From Monocercomonoides exilis PA203 (lineage: Eukaryota > Protista > Preaxostyla), in contig LSRY02000008.1 in the NCBI GenBank assembly GCA_001643675.2, positions 372,001 to 436,000 of the forward strand: a stretch of DNA of 64,000 nucleotides, read 5' to 3'. Each line of letters begins with the position of its first letter. Position 1 is the stretch's first letter. This document shows, one piece after another, positions 44,031 through 53,312 of this stretch. The notes beneath the pieces are model-generated. The model saw only the letters and a list, made by a program, of their open reading frames with translations, was not told the origin of the DNA and did not search any database. The position numbers and the translations under genes are program-made.

Positions 44031-45287
44031 TCTTATTTTCAATTTCATTATCTTTTTCATCTTCTGTATTTTTTTCTTCCTCTTCTCATCAACAGCCACT
44101 CATTCCACAAACTGAATTATTTTCGATTGACTGTGCTGACAGAACTGCAAGTCGAATAATCATTGCTGAAGACAAAGGAGAAAAAGATGTATCTCATTAT
44201 AAACAACTCTGCAAGTGAATGGATGTGATGGAAGGAAAATGAGGGAATAGAAGAAATGTGTTAAAGATAAGTCAAAGCAGAAAAAACAAAAAGAAGAATT
44301 TGATGTTCCTTTGTCAAACTGTTCTTCATCTGTTGCCGAGAGCCAAAGAAAGAGAGAAATTGAGAGAGAAAGGGACATATTTTGAAGAAGAGTCGAAGAA
44401 AAACAGTTTTGTTTTTCTAAATTTATTGCTTGAAGAACAAATGATATCGTTGCAATTGGGGAGTATGGAAGCAATAATGGAGGGAGGGGAGAGAAAGAGT
44501 GAATGAGTGAGAGTGAGAATCGAAGATGAAGAAGATTCAAATTATGATAATGCAAACACATGAGAACTAGAATCTTGGGGAAGAGCGTTGAACAAGAAGC
44601 ATTATTCATTTTAATCTGAACAATTTCAAGAAAAGTTGATTAAAGAAACCAACAAGAATTTTAGTCTTCTGTTGCATAATCCTACATCCAATCTTCATCA
44701 CGACAAATTGATTTCGAGGAAGCAGAATGTTGAGGTGTCCAAATACCTAGCTTTTATATGATTTCTTCTTCTTCTGAGCCAGATAAAAAGCATCTGCTGT
44801 CACGTGTTCAAATGCTACACACATAACTATCATAGCTGAACATCCTTTGACTTTCCCCAATCACCTTCTTCCTCTTCTTCCTCTTCCTCATTCTTATCAA
44901 TTTCTTTTTCGTCATTTTTAATTATTTTTCTTCTCAATCGACTTTTTCGGATATTTAGGCTCCTTCTTCATGCTCATTTCTAACTTCTTGATATCCAAAA
45001 ACATCATTTTTCACTTTTTCATCATCATCGCTCACTTCATATGATTGGATTTCTTCATTTATTGCATCAGAATAATACATTTTATTTGAATAAAGAGTTC
45101 ATTTGCCAAAAAAAGAAACATGTTGAAGATGAAAAGATGATTGTTAAGTGAATGAAGAGAATGAAGATTAAGAGAAAGATGAACTTGTTTGGACAGAATT
45201 TAACTAATAAATCTATAAAAGTTCTTTTTTGAATTATTTGTTTTAAAATCAATCAAAACACAAGCGTTTTGATTACAGAGAAAACAT

Positions 45288-45356
45288 TTATTTCACTTCC
45301 TTCTCTTATATTTTTGAGAGCGCCACGTTATGGGTCAGTCACGATCGCTGATCAAA
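45288..45356 (+). repeat. Left ITR of DIRS element 1
   Basis: Reverse complement of 49812-49879 (perfect over 45288-45342). Confidence 0.9.
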
Positions 45357-45364
45357 AAGAAAAT

Positions 45365-46207
45365 ATGTCGACCATCTTCATGGGAACCGGACTCGCGACC
45401 GAACCTTGCGCAGCTCCGCTGACTGGTGGCCCTCCGAGTGCAATTCCCGCAATAGCAGGGAGTTATTCCGCTTCCCAATCAAGCGTTCAGTCGGAGCTTG
45501 ATGGCCGGACAGATCCAACGCGAAGTGAAGATGATGAAGGAGATTCTTCTTTGCAGCAAACATTTATCGAAATATTTGGACAGCCGCCTGAGGTTTCACT
45601 TTACGATATGCATCTTCCAGAAAATAAAATTAACGAAGCGCTCTCACTTATGAAAGATGAAGATTTGAGTCCTTTTATTCAGAATGCTCCACCACCATTT
45701 ACAAGATCCAAAGTATTTTGGAAAGACGCGCTCGATCGTGCAGGAGAACGTACAGAAACATATCTTTACCCGGCAATAAAGTTACTTATCTCGGCATGCT
45801 CAACAATCAAGTCAGGAGATACAACAAAAGAAATGATAGCAGATTCATGTTTGCTTTTAGCCCAGGCACTGAAAGAAGCCAGACACGTAAGGATACAAGC
45901 AAGATATGGGTTTTCCGAAGCAGAAAAAATGAAAGACGAATTTTCATCATCGCTGTTAACTCAGAGGCAAAAAGATATTCTGGAAGAATCAAAGAAAACA
46001 TCCACAAAATTGAGATGGGGATCGGCAAGTATTACAAATTCATATGCAAGGAAGAAACAAATCAAGGGAATGCAAAGCGGAACAAAGAATTATCGGTTTT
46101 TTCGAGATTGGCCCCGGACGACCAGCACAAGACGATCATTCATTACAAGCAGCGCTCCAAGAGGTTACTCAAGAGGGAGTTCCGGGGACAAAGCAAAATC
46201 TCAATAG
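45365..46207 (+). CDS. gag: Gag-like ORF1 of DIRS element 1
   Basis: First ORF, with ATG at 45365 just after the ITR. Homologous to 60254-61132 (W..DALD.AGER.E..L.P.IK.L). Basic C-terminus. Confidence 0.78.
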   Translation: MSTIFMGTGLATEPCAAPLTGGPPSAIPAIAGSYSASQSSVQSELDGRTDPTRSEDDEGDSSLQQTFIEIFGQPPEVSLYDMHLPENKINEALSLMKDEDLSPFIQNAPPPFTRSKVFWKDALDRAGERTETYLYPAIKLLISACSTIKSGDTTKEMIADSCLLLAQALKEARHVRIQARYGFSEAEKMKDEFSSSLLTQRQKDILEESKKTSTKLRWGSASITNSYARKKQIKGMQSGTKNYRFFRDWPRTTSTRRSFITSSAPRGYSRGSSGDKAKSQ

Positions 46208-48114
46208 AACACAACTTAACAATTGGTGGAAGAACTGCATTATTTGCAAAGGCTTGGAAAATGGTAGGAGGAGAAAAGATGATCAGAAGAGGAGTTGTTC
46301 CAGTTTGGAGGAGTGCAAAAGCTCGCAAAACCCTTATCAACTCTCAGGAAAATTGCAGGAGACCGGAGCAATCACAAGAAGCAAGGAAAGCTTTGTCGGA
46401 GTTAATCAAAGGACAGGTGAAAACTGGAATCCTCAGGAAAATCACCAAAAACCAAGTGAAATTTCTCAATCCAATATTTGTAGTCAGGAAAAGGAACGGG
46501 AGCTGGAGACAGATTGTGGATTGCAGGAGGTTAAACAACGCGATAAAAACTATCCACATCAAACAAGAGGATCATCGATCTGTGGAGAGAATAATAAAGA
46601 AGGGGGATTTCGCAGTCACACTGGATTTAAGCCAAGCGTATTATCTCATCAAGGTTTCCGAGGATTTCACTCCTTTTCTAAGCTTCGAATTCAACAAAGA
46701 ATTTTATTGCTTCACCAGCATGCCTTTCGGTTACAAGGACTCCCCAAGAATATTCACAAAAATTATGAGAAAAGTCATTGCTTTCATTCGGGAAAGATGG
46801 AAGGTGAAAGCTGTCGCATATTTGGACGACGTTGTCTTGCTACACCAAGACAAGCAAGAACTAAAGAGAATCGCACAAGAAGTTATAAGTCTATTTCAGA
46901 AGCTCGGACTTATTGTAAATCTGGAAAAGAGTCGCATAGAACCATCAAATCGTTTTTCATTCCTCGGATATTCATGGGACACTTCCAACTTCACCGTAAC
47001 TTTGGAGAAAGACAGAAAGAAAGAATTGCTCACGGAATGCTACAGATGGAGGCGCCGAGCACTGAAATGCAAGCAAACAAGAGTGAGAGATTTCGCGTCG
47101 TACATTGGCAAGCTAAGTGCAACTCGCTTCGTTTTCAAGGAAGCTTCACTCCTTCTTCCATCGATGTACATGCTGCTGAACAGAATGGTCAGAAAAGTAG
47201 GGTGGAAAGGAACGATGAGAATCAACCCGTCAATCCTTCCGAGCATTCAAAAATGGATATCGAGACTGAATACGAACAAACAGAGACAGCTTTACCCAAT
47301 ATTCCAACCACAAGCAACCTTGACGACAGATGCATCAGAGAGAGCCGTGGGAGCTGTTCTTCTAATGAACAACAAAAAATACGATTTCCATCAATCGCTT
47401 CCAGGGAAATTGAGATGCCAGAGCTCGAATTACAGGGAATTATATGCAATCAATCGAGCACTCAACCATTTCAGACACATTCTTCTGGTGAACAAAGTCT
47501 GCAGCTTGCTAATCAGATCGGACAATACAACAGCGGTTTTCAATGTCAATCGATGGAATGCAGGAACAAATCTCAGGAAGTTGCTGATGAGAATATGGAC
47601 ATTTGTTCAGAACAGTCACATTCAGATAAAAGCCCAACACTTGCCAGGGACGAAGAATGTCAGAGCAGATGCTCTATCCAGGCTAGAAAGAGGGGGAGAT
47701 TACTCCATAAAACAAGAAGAGCTAAACGAGATCACGGAAAACCTCAATCTCAAAATAACAATGGATGCGTTCGCGACGAGGGAGAATACGAAAGCGGATC
47801 GATGGTGCGGCCCAGGAAGCACACTCAACGAAGACGGACTCCAGCAATCATGGCAAAGAGGCGTTATTTTAGCCCATCCGCCGATTCCACTAATAGTCCC
47901 AACGATTGTGAAATCAATGGAGGAAAAGGCACATGTTCTTCTTCTGATGCCAGATTGGAGAGGGCAGATATGGGAACCACTGATAAGAATGTCGAGACAC
48001 TGCGAATGGAGATGGAAAGAACAGAATCAGGTTTTGAAGGAAGGAAGATGGATGAAACGGATGGAAGCAAGTCTACCACCAGGCAGAATGAGAATAGTAC
48101 TTATCAATCCTTAG
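45718..48114 (+). CDS. pol: Reverse transcriptase-RNase H-methyltransferase-like ORF of DIRS element 1 (true start uncertain)
   Basis: RT: LDLSQAY, MPFG..DSPRIFTK, YLDD. RNase H: TTDAS, SSNYREL, IRSDN, ADALSR. MT-like: DAFA, HPPIPL. Confidence 0.93.
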   Translation: MERRARSCRRTYRNISLPGNKVTYLGMLNNQVRRYNKRNDSRFMFAFSPGTERSQTRKDTSKIWVFRSRKNERRIFIIAVNSEAKRYSGRIKENIHKIEMGIGKYYKFICKEETNQGNAKRNKELSVFSRLAPDDQHKTIIHYKQRSKRLLKREFRGQSKISIEHNLTIGGRTALFAKAWKMVGGEKMIRRGVVPVWRSAKARKTLINSQENCRRPEQSQEARKALSELIKGQVKTGILRKITKNQVKFLNPIFVVRKRNGSWRQIVDCRRLNNAIKTIHIKQEDHRSVERIIKKGDFAVTLDLSQAYYLIKVSEDFTPFLSFEFNKEFYCFTSMPFGYKDSPRIFTKIMRKVIAFIRERWKVKAVAYLDDVVLLHQDKQELKRIAQEVISLFQKLGLIVNLEKSRIEPSNRFSFLGYSWDTSNFTVTLEKDRKKELLTECYRWRRRALKCKQTRVRDFASYIGKLSATRFVFKEASLLLPSMYMLLNRMVRKVGWKGTMRINPSILPSIQKWISRLNTNKQRQLYPIFQPQATLTTDASERAVGAVLLMNNKKYDFHQSLPGKLRCQSSNYRELYAINRALNHFRHILLVNKVCSLLIRSDNTTAVFNVNRWNAGTNLRKLLMRIWTFVQNSHIQIKAQHLPGTKNVRADALSRLERGGDYSIKQEELNEITENLNLKITMDAFATRENTKADRWCGPGSTLNEDGLQQSWQRGVILAHPPIPLIVPTIVKSMEEKAHVLLLMPDWRGQIWEPLIRMSRHCEWRWKEQNQVLKEGRWMKRMEASLPPGRMRIVLINP

Positions 48115-49418
48115 AATCGCAAGGAGAAAAATGGTTTCGGAGAATGCTTCTTTCAAAGGGATATTCCGAAAGGGTTATCGATGAATGCAAAAATAGCGTT
48201 GCTGAAAACACATGGAAAGGATATTCATATAGCTATGCGCGTTTCTGTGAAATTTGGGAAGATAAAAGAAATGGAGATCCACCGGAAGCTTGGAGTGAGT
48301 GGGTTGAAAAATGCGCTTCCATATTCATAAGCCTGAAAGACAAAGGGACGAAGGCTTCGACGCTCAAACAAACAAGTGCAGCATTAACGCTAATCTCAGA
48401 ATTAGTGTACAATCGAGGCCTTGGAGAATCTGCACTCATTCAAAGACTATTAAAGTCATTCCGGAGATCAGAAAATAGGAAGAAAAAAGACAAACCAGAC
48501 ATCTGGAACCCTCAACTCCTGCTGCAGAAAATAACATCATTAGGAGAGAACAGAAATCTCGATTTTCACGAACTGACAAAAAAGGCCATTTGCACATGTA
48601 TGTTGTTTTCCGCCTGTCGCTTTACGGAGCTGGAAAGGATAAATCTTCAGCATTCAACAATCGGAGATGATTCAATAAAACTCGATTCATCATTAAAAAC
48701 ATCAACAGAACGGACAGATATTATCATCCCGTTTATAAAAGAACAGCCGCTTGTGTGTCCAGCAGCTTCAGTTAAGGAACTTTGGAACAGAATCAAGGAG
48801 TCTCATCCAAATGCAACTTCACTATTTATTGATGAAACAACACATCTTGCCCTCTCTGCAAGAAGGATTCGTAATTATGCAGCTGAAATGTTACAGGATG
48901 CTGGGGTTCCGAAGTGTTTCGGGCCTTACTCATTGAAGCATGCGTCTATCACTGCTCTAACGATGGCAGGAATTCCCTTATCTCAAATTGCGAAGTTTGC
49001 CAGACTCTCTCCAAGAAGCAATACAATCACAAAGCATTACGTCCAAACAGATGTGTCAAGCAAGCTGGCCCACGTGATAGCAAGATGCAATTCAACTATT
49101 CTCCAACCTGAAGAAAGTGGGCATGAGTCAGAATCCAATTCAGATTCTGAGGCGGAATCCGATTCCGAATCAAATTCCAATTCAAAATCCGAGGAACAAA
49201 CGCCAACAAAGAAAACATGTAAAAGCGAAGATCAAAAACAACAAGCAATAATTGCATACCCAGATAAAGTTGAGGAACCAGAGGACACCGAAGAAAACAA
49301 TGCTGCACAGGCAGTTATCAGCGAGGCTAAGATTGAATTCATTATCCGAACAAGATCTCAAATGAGAAAAGAATTGGAAAGGAAACAACACGAAGAAAAG
49401 AATATTAGTTCAAGCTAA
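46044..49418 (+). CDS. Tyrosine recombinase ORF of DIRS element 1 (domain about 48120-49080; N-terminal part overlaps RT)
   Basis: N-terminal NTWKGY helix region, SACRFTEL, LKT, VCPA, PYSLKHAS, ARLSP, KHY. Confidence 0.85.
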   Translation: MQGRNKSRECKAEQRIIGFFEIGPGRPAQDDHSLQAALQEVTQEGVPGTKQNLNRTQLNNWWKNCIICKGLENGRRRKDDQKRSCSSLEECKSSQNPYQLSGKLQETGAITRSKESFVGVNQRTGENWNPQENHQKPSEISQSNICSQEKERELETDCGLQEVKQRDKNYPHQTRGSSICGENNKEGGFRSHTGFKPSVLSHQGFRGFHSFSKLRIQQRILLLHQHAFRLQGLPKNIHKNYEKSHCFHSGKMEGESCRIFGRRCLATPRQARTKENRTRSYKSISEARTYCKSGKESHRTIKSFFIPRIFMGHFQLHRNFGERQKERIAHGMLQMEAPSTEMQANKSERFRVVHWQAKCNSLRFQGSFTPSSIDVHAAEQNGQKSRVERNDENQPVNPSEHSKMDIETEYEQTETALPNIPTTSNLDDRCIRESRGSCSSNEQQKIRFPSIASREIEMPELELQGIICNQSSTQPFQTHSSGEQSLQLANQIGQYNSGFQCQSMECRNKSQEVADENMDICSEQSHSDKSPTLARDEECQSRCSIQARKRGRLLHKTRRAKRDHGKPQSQNNNGCVRDEGEYESGSMVRPRKHTQRRRTPAIMAKRRYFSPSADSTNSPNDCEINGGKGTCSSSDARLERADMGTTDKNVETLRMEMERTESGFEGRKMDETDGSKSTTRQNENSTYQSLESQGEKWFRRMLLSKGYSERVIDECKNSVAENTWKGYSYSYARFCEIWEDKRNGDPPEAWSEWVEKCASIFISLKDKGTKASTLKQTSAALTLISELVYNRGLGESALIQRLLKSFRRSENRKKKDKPDIWNPQLLLQKITSLGENRNLDFHELTKKAICTCMLFSACRFTELERINLQHSTIGDDSIKLDSSLKTSTERTDIIIPFIKEQPLVCPAASVKELWNRIKESHPNATSLFIDETTHLALSARRIRNYAAEMLQDAGVPKCFGPYSLKHASITALTMAGIPLSQIAKFARLSPRSNTITKHYVQTDVSSKLAHVIARCNSTILQPEESGHESESNSDSEAESDSESNSNSKSEEQTPTKKTCKSEDQKQQAIIAYPDKVEEPEDTEENNAAQAVISEAKIEFIIRTRSQMRKELERKQHEEKNISSS

Positions 49419-49449
49419 TTAATATAATCAAACCTTCCCAATTATCTAT

Positions 49450-49555
49450 GCTCTCAAAAATATAAGAGAAGGAAGTGAAATAAATGTTTTCTCTGTAATC
49501 AAAACGCTTGTGTTTTGATTGAAAGAGAAAATGGTTATTTCACTTCCTTCTCTTA
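49450..49555. repeat. Internal complementary region (ICR) of DIRS element 1
   Basis: Reverse complement of 45251-45321 fused, at ATT, to the reverse complement of the right terminus. Confidence 0.9.
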
Positions 49556-49811
49556 CTCCCTCCACAACTCAGACATCCCATCCCCTTATGAATTCGTCAT
49601 TGCTGAATAACAATGAGGGAAAAATTCAGCACTTATTATACCTTCTCTTTATAGTTTATATTTAGAATATTCAATTTAATTGAATTGTGTCTTTCTTGTT
49701 TCAAACATGTGTATTCAATGCATTTGTAATAATAATTTTCAACTTGCCAAGTATCAATTCACCTTCAATATTTCCCATTTGCACATTTGTGTTCCATTTC
49801 ATAAAGTGCCA

Positions 49812-49879
49812 TTTGATCAGCTGGGTGACTGACCCATAACGTGGCGCTCTCAAAAATATAAGAGAAGGAAGTGAAATAA
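49812..49879 (-). repeat. Right ITR of DIRS element 1
   Basis: Reverse complement of 45288-45356. Confidence 0.9.
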
Positions 49880-50328
49880 CCATTTTCTCTTTCAATATAA
49901 TCTACAAATTGTAAATTTCTTGTTAAATATCCTGCATGACTATCATATTTGTGTTTTTGTATTTTTGTTAATTGTTTGTTTTAAACACATTTATTTGGAT
50001 CTTCAACATCTATTTTGAGATTTCTTTTCAATACATTATTTAACATTCTTCATTTAAGAAATTGATTTATTGTGTATTGAAACAATCATTATCATGCTTT
50101 TCAAGCAAGATAACTTATGTTTTATAATGTTTATTGAATTTTCGATATTTTTTTTTTGAAATTACTTTTATTTCTAGATATTTGTAATAAAAACAATCTG
50201 AAACTAATAAAAACCAGCAAATAATAAATAATAACAATATATTAAACAATATTTTCATTTAATATAGAATGAAATTAATCTTTTCAACATCTCCCTTTAT
50301 GAAAAAAATTTATGATCAAACTTCGTAA

Positions 50329-50360
50329 TTTTTTATGATATCAAAAAAAATCACCCAAAT
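50329..50360 (-). repeat. Terminal-type repeat, inverted partner of 28021-28052
   Basis: TTTTTTATGATATCAAAAAAAATCACCCAAAT. Confidence 0.75.
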
Positions 50361-50413
50361 GGTTTTAATCGATTTTTTTTTTAAGAAAGATAATATTTTT
50401 TATCCTTTCTCTA

Positions 50414-52871
50414 AAACATCTGCGTCACATGCCTTCTGACGTGAACGTTTTTAGAGTGACGTGACGTGACAAAAAAAACTGCTTTTATTCACTCATTTTT
50501 TCTAATTCCACTTATGTCAAAAAATAAAAAATTATTAGCAACAATAGATAAATATTGATATTATATTAAATAAGATTTAAAGCGTAATTATGATTTTTAT
50601 TAATATTTTTTTTAATCAATTATTATTAATTAATGAATGAACAATGGGTTGTGTCGTGATCAAATTTTTATTGTATTAATACCACGTCACTCACGTCACT
50701 GCCTGTCACTGACGTGGTTTAAGTCATTTGTCCATTTTTTACGAATGTTTGTGTTTTTTTCTAGTAAAAATGTCTTTAATAAAATTTTCATCTTGAAAAA
50801 ATTCTTGTTTTTATTGTTTGTGAATAATTTTTTTTTTCAAAATTTCATATATTTTTTCTTACTAATTTGTGCCATCGAAGCATGTTGTTCGTATAGATGT
50901 GGAACATTATAACGATGTACATATATTAATTCAAACATGGTTAAAGTTTAGAGGTTTGGCGATACATGCGAATGGCTGGAAGAGATGGATCGCGTGTGCG
51001 GGAATGTGCGTGGTGAAGTGATTGTTTGGCAGCGGGTGGGTGATGTCAAAAAGTGCAGAACAGTGGCAGGGCAGGTTGCAATTGCGATGGAATTACAATT
51101 GTTGGTGTTTGCTACGATATTTGAAAATGGAAATGTGATGTTGGGGAGGAATGGAGAATGTGTGCTGGTGGTTGAGGAGTGCAAGTACAGAGTGAAGAAA
51201 GCAAGAATCGCGCATTTGTCGAAGGGATGGATCGGGCAAGACGTCGACGTGGCAGTGGAGGTGCAGGGTATCCAGAACTCAGAGTTAGAAGGAGAGAGTC
51301 GCTTGTGGCGGATCATGGACGAGGGATGTTTGGTGAAGGAAGCGAATGCTGTAAAGTTTGTGTGCTTTTCCTGCCGGTGCTGAAGAACGTCAGCTAAACA
51401 AGCAGAAGGGGGTAGGCGCAGCTGGAGTTCGTGGGGATGGAGCAGGTGCAGTGTGGGTTGTTGTACCTGATAATTGTGCGGGGGGCAGACGGGGGCGAGC
51501 GGGTGAGGGCATACCGGTTTGAGAGCACAGAGTACAATGCGTAGCCGAGGAGGAACGGGAGGATCGGGTTGAATGTGATTCAAGAGAGCTGGGAAGATGA
51601 GGAGGAGCTGGTGAGGGAAATGAATTCAAGTGAGGAGATGGCTGTGGAGGAGCGGGCAGGTGAGAAAGGTGCAGAGGGAGGGCAGGGGAGGAGGAAGAGG
51701 AAAATTGAGAGTTTCATGATGCAGCAGCTATTGCTCTTGAGCGGAAATGTGAAGGGGCAGGCAGTAAGCGGAGCCTGTTTGAACTGTATGGGAAGATGAT
51801 CATGCTGCATGTTGGGTTAAGTGCGGCAGTGGTGGGAGTGGTGGTGGTGATTTCTTGATGCTGTGTGCGAAAGCGGAGGAAGGGCAAGGAACGGGAGCGT
51901 CCACTGGTGGAGTCTAGGGAATACGTACTGGGGCAGAACTGAGAGATGCAAGAAGCGGCGTTTCAGCTGGAAAGGATGGTCGTGACAGAGAGGACAGAGG
52001 CTGGGGAAGTGGATGTGGAGGTTGTGAAGCAGCTGAGTGCGCTGGCGCAGGAAAAGGAGGCGGGAGAGACAAAGCGGAATATCAAAGCAGAGAGTAAAGG
52101 TTATGAAGGTGTAGAAGGCAGAGATGAATTAGAAAGTGATGATGAAGCAAATGAGTTTCATGATGGAAATGAAAGAGAAGAGGGAAAAGGAAGATAAGAG
52201 GGAGAGGAAAAAAGGCAGAAGATAGAGGAGAAAAAAGGGAGAGGAGAGGAGAGAAGAACGGAAAGAAAAAGTGGAAGATAAAGCGGAGGAAGTGGAAGAT
52301 GAAGAGGAAGGAGAGGAAGAAGCAGAGTGAGGGCTGCGGAGAAATATGCTGCGGTAGTAAGTAATTTTGAAATATTCGTAATAATTTGTTTTATTTTTTA
52401 TTCATTGATAATAATTCTCTCATGTTTATCATATTCCGAACAACATATCAAATGATTTTATTTTGTTTTATTTTGAAATTGTTAAATCAAAAGGATAAAG
52501 TTGTCTTCTGTGAATTGCAATAAAGCAATTTAAAAATCATGATAATTATATCAATTATTAAAAAAACTTGATAAACATTAAAAATACATAAAATTTTTAT
52601 TTTTATGAATACAAATAATAATAAAAATCAAAATATGAAAACTGAACTTTTAAAACATTAACAAAAGAATTGAAAAATATTGATATTTATTTCGTATTAA
52701 ATAATATGACTTTTGTCAAAGCGGAAATAGTATTTTAATAAAATAAGATCAAATTAAGGTTTGTTTGTATTAAATTAATTTTTTCTGAACAATCAAATAT
52801 GTTTTTTATATTAGGTAATTCTTTTCAATCAACTAATAATTAATATTTATTAGTTTGTTTTTTCAAATAAG

Positions 52872-52902
<31 letters not shown>

Positions 52903-52960
52903 ATGGTGCCGGGCACTGACTGACGTGAGCCCACCTTTTTCAAGGTAACGCAGATGTTTA
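50414..52960. mobile_element. Non-autonomous DNA transposon (Mutator-like TSD length) with short TIRs and a decayed GC-rich cargo ORF
   Basis: Ends AAACATCTGCGT / ACGCAGATGTTT. 9-bp direct repeat CTTTCTCTA at 50405-50413 and 52961-52969. Subterminal TGACGTG/CACGTCA motifs at both ends. No transposase seen. Confidence 0.7.
50960..52330 (+). pseudogene. Decayed cargo gene, possibly with a PHD-like Cys motif
   Basis: GC-rich, codon-like block with ORF fragments 50985-51383, 51569-51799 and 51946-52197; CLNC...CWVKC spans a frameshift. Confidence 0.35.
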
Positions 52961-53312
52961 CTTTCTCTATTTGTGAAAAATTTACAGATTATCTGTTTTT
53001 TTAGGTCACAAACACCAAAAATAATTCTATTTCAAAAAATAATTATTCATATAGGTAATTATTTTTGAAAACCTATATGTTCTAACAAATTTTTCGGTTT
53101 CAATTTTTGTTATGAATAATGACAAATGAACAGTGGAAAGTCAAAAGGCATATAAAAATTATTTTCATCTATAATTCTGAAAAATCATTTTTTTTTTAAT
53201 AACAATTGTGGTGATAGAAGCATGTGGTTGCGAAATCTCTATTAAATGACAAAACAACCTTTGAAAAAACAACACCCTGAAAAAAGTTATGATTTGAAAA
53301 ATAATCACCCAT

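Larger units (their letters stand above)
39845..45240 (+). pseudogene. Decayed Ser/Glu-rich multi-kb gene (unit A'), probable paralogue of 28318-34060
   Basis: Plus-strand ORF fragments (40887-41387, 42104-42523, 42894-43547) with stops; shares its upstream block with unit A. Confidence 0.45.
45251..49896 (+). mobile_element. DIRS1-type tyrosine-recombinase retrotransposon, element 1 (apparently intact)
   Basis: gag, RT-RNaseH-MT and YR ORFs; inverted terminal repeats 45288-45356/49812-49879; internal complementary region 49450-49555 joining the reverse complements of both termini. Confidence 0.93.

Noticed and set aside
45269-45364. N-terminal extension of gag, and the 64-aa ORF at 49701-49895 sharing ISLPSLIFLRAPRYGSVT
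   Set aside because: Both are translations of the ITR; the ATG at 45365 is the plausible start.
53031-53078. Short AT-rich hairpin
   Set aside because: Low complexity; expected by chance at this AT content.
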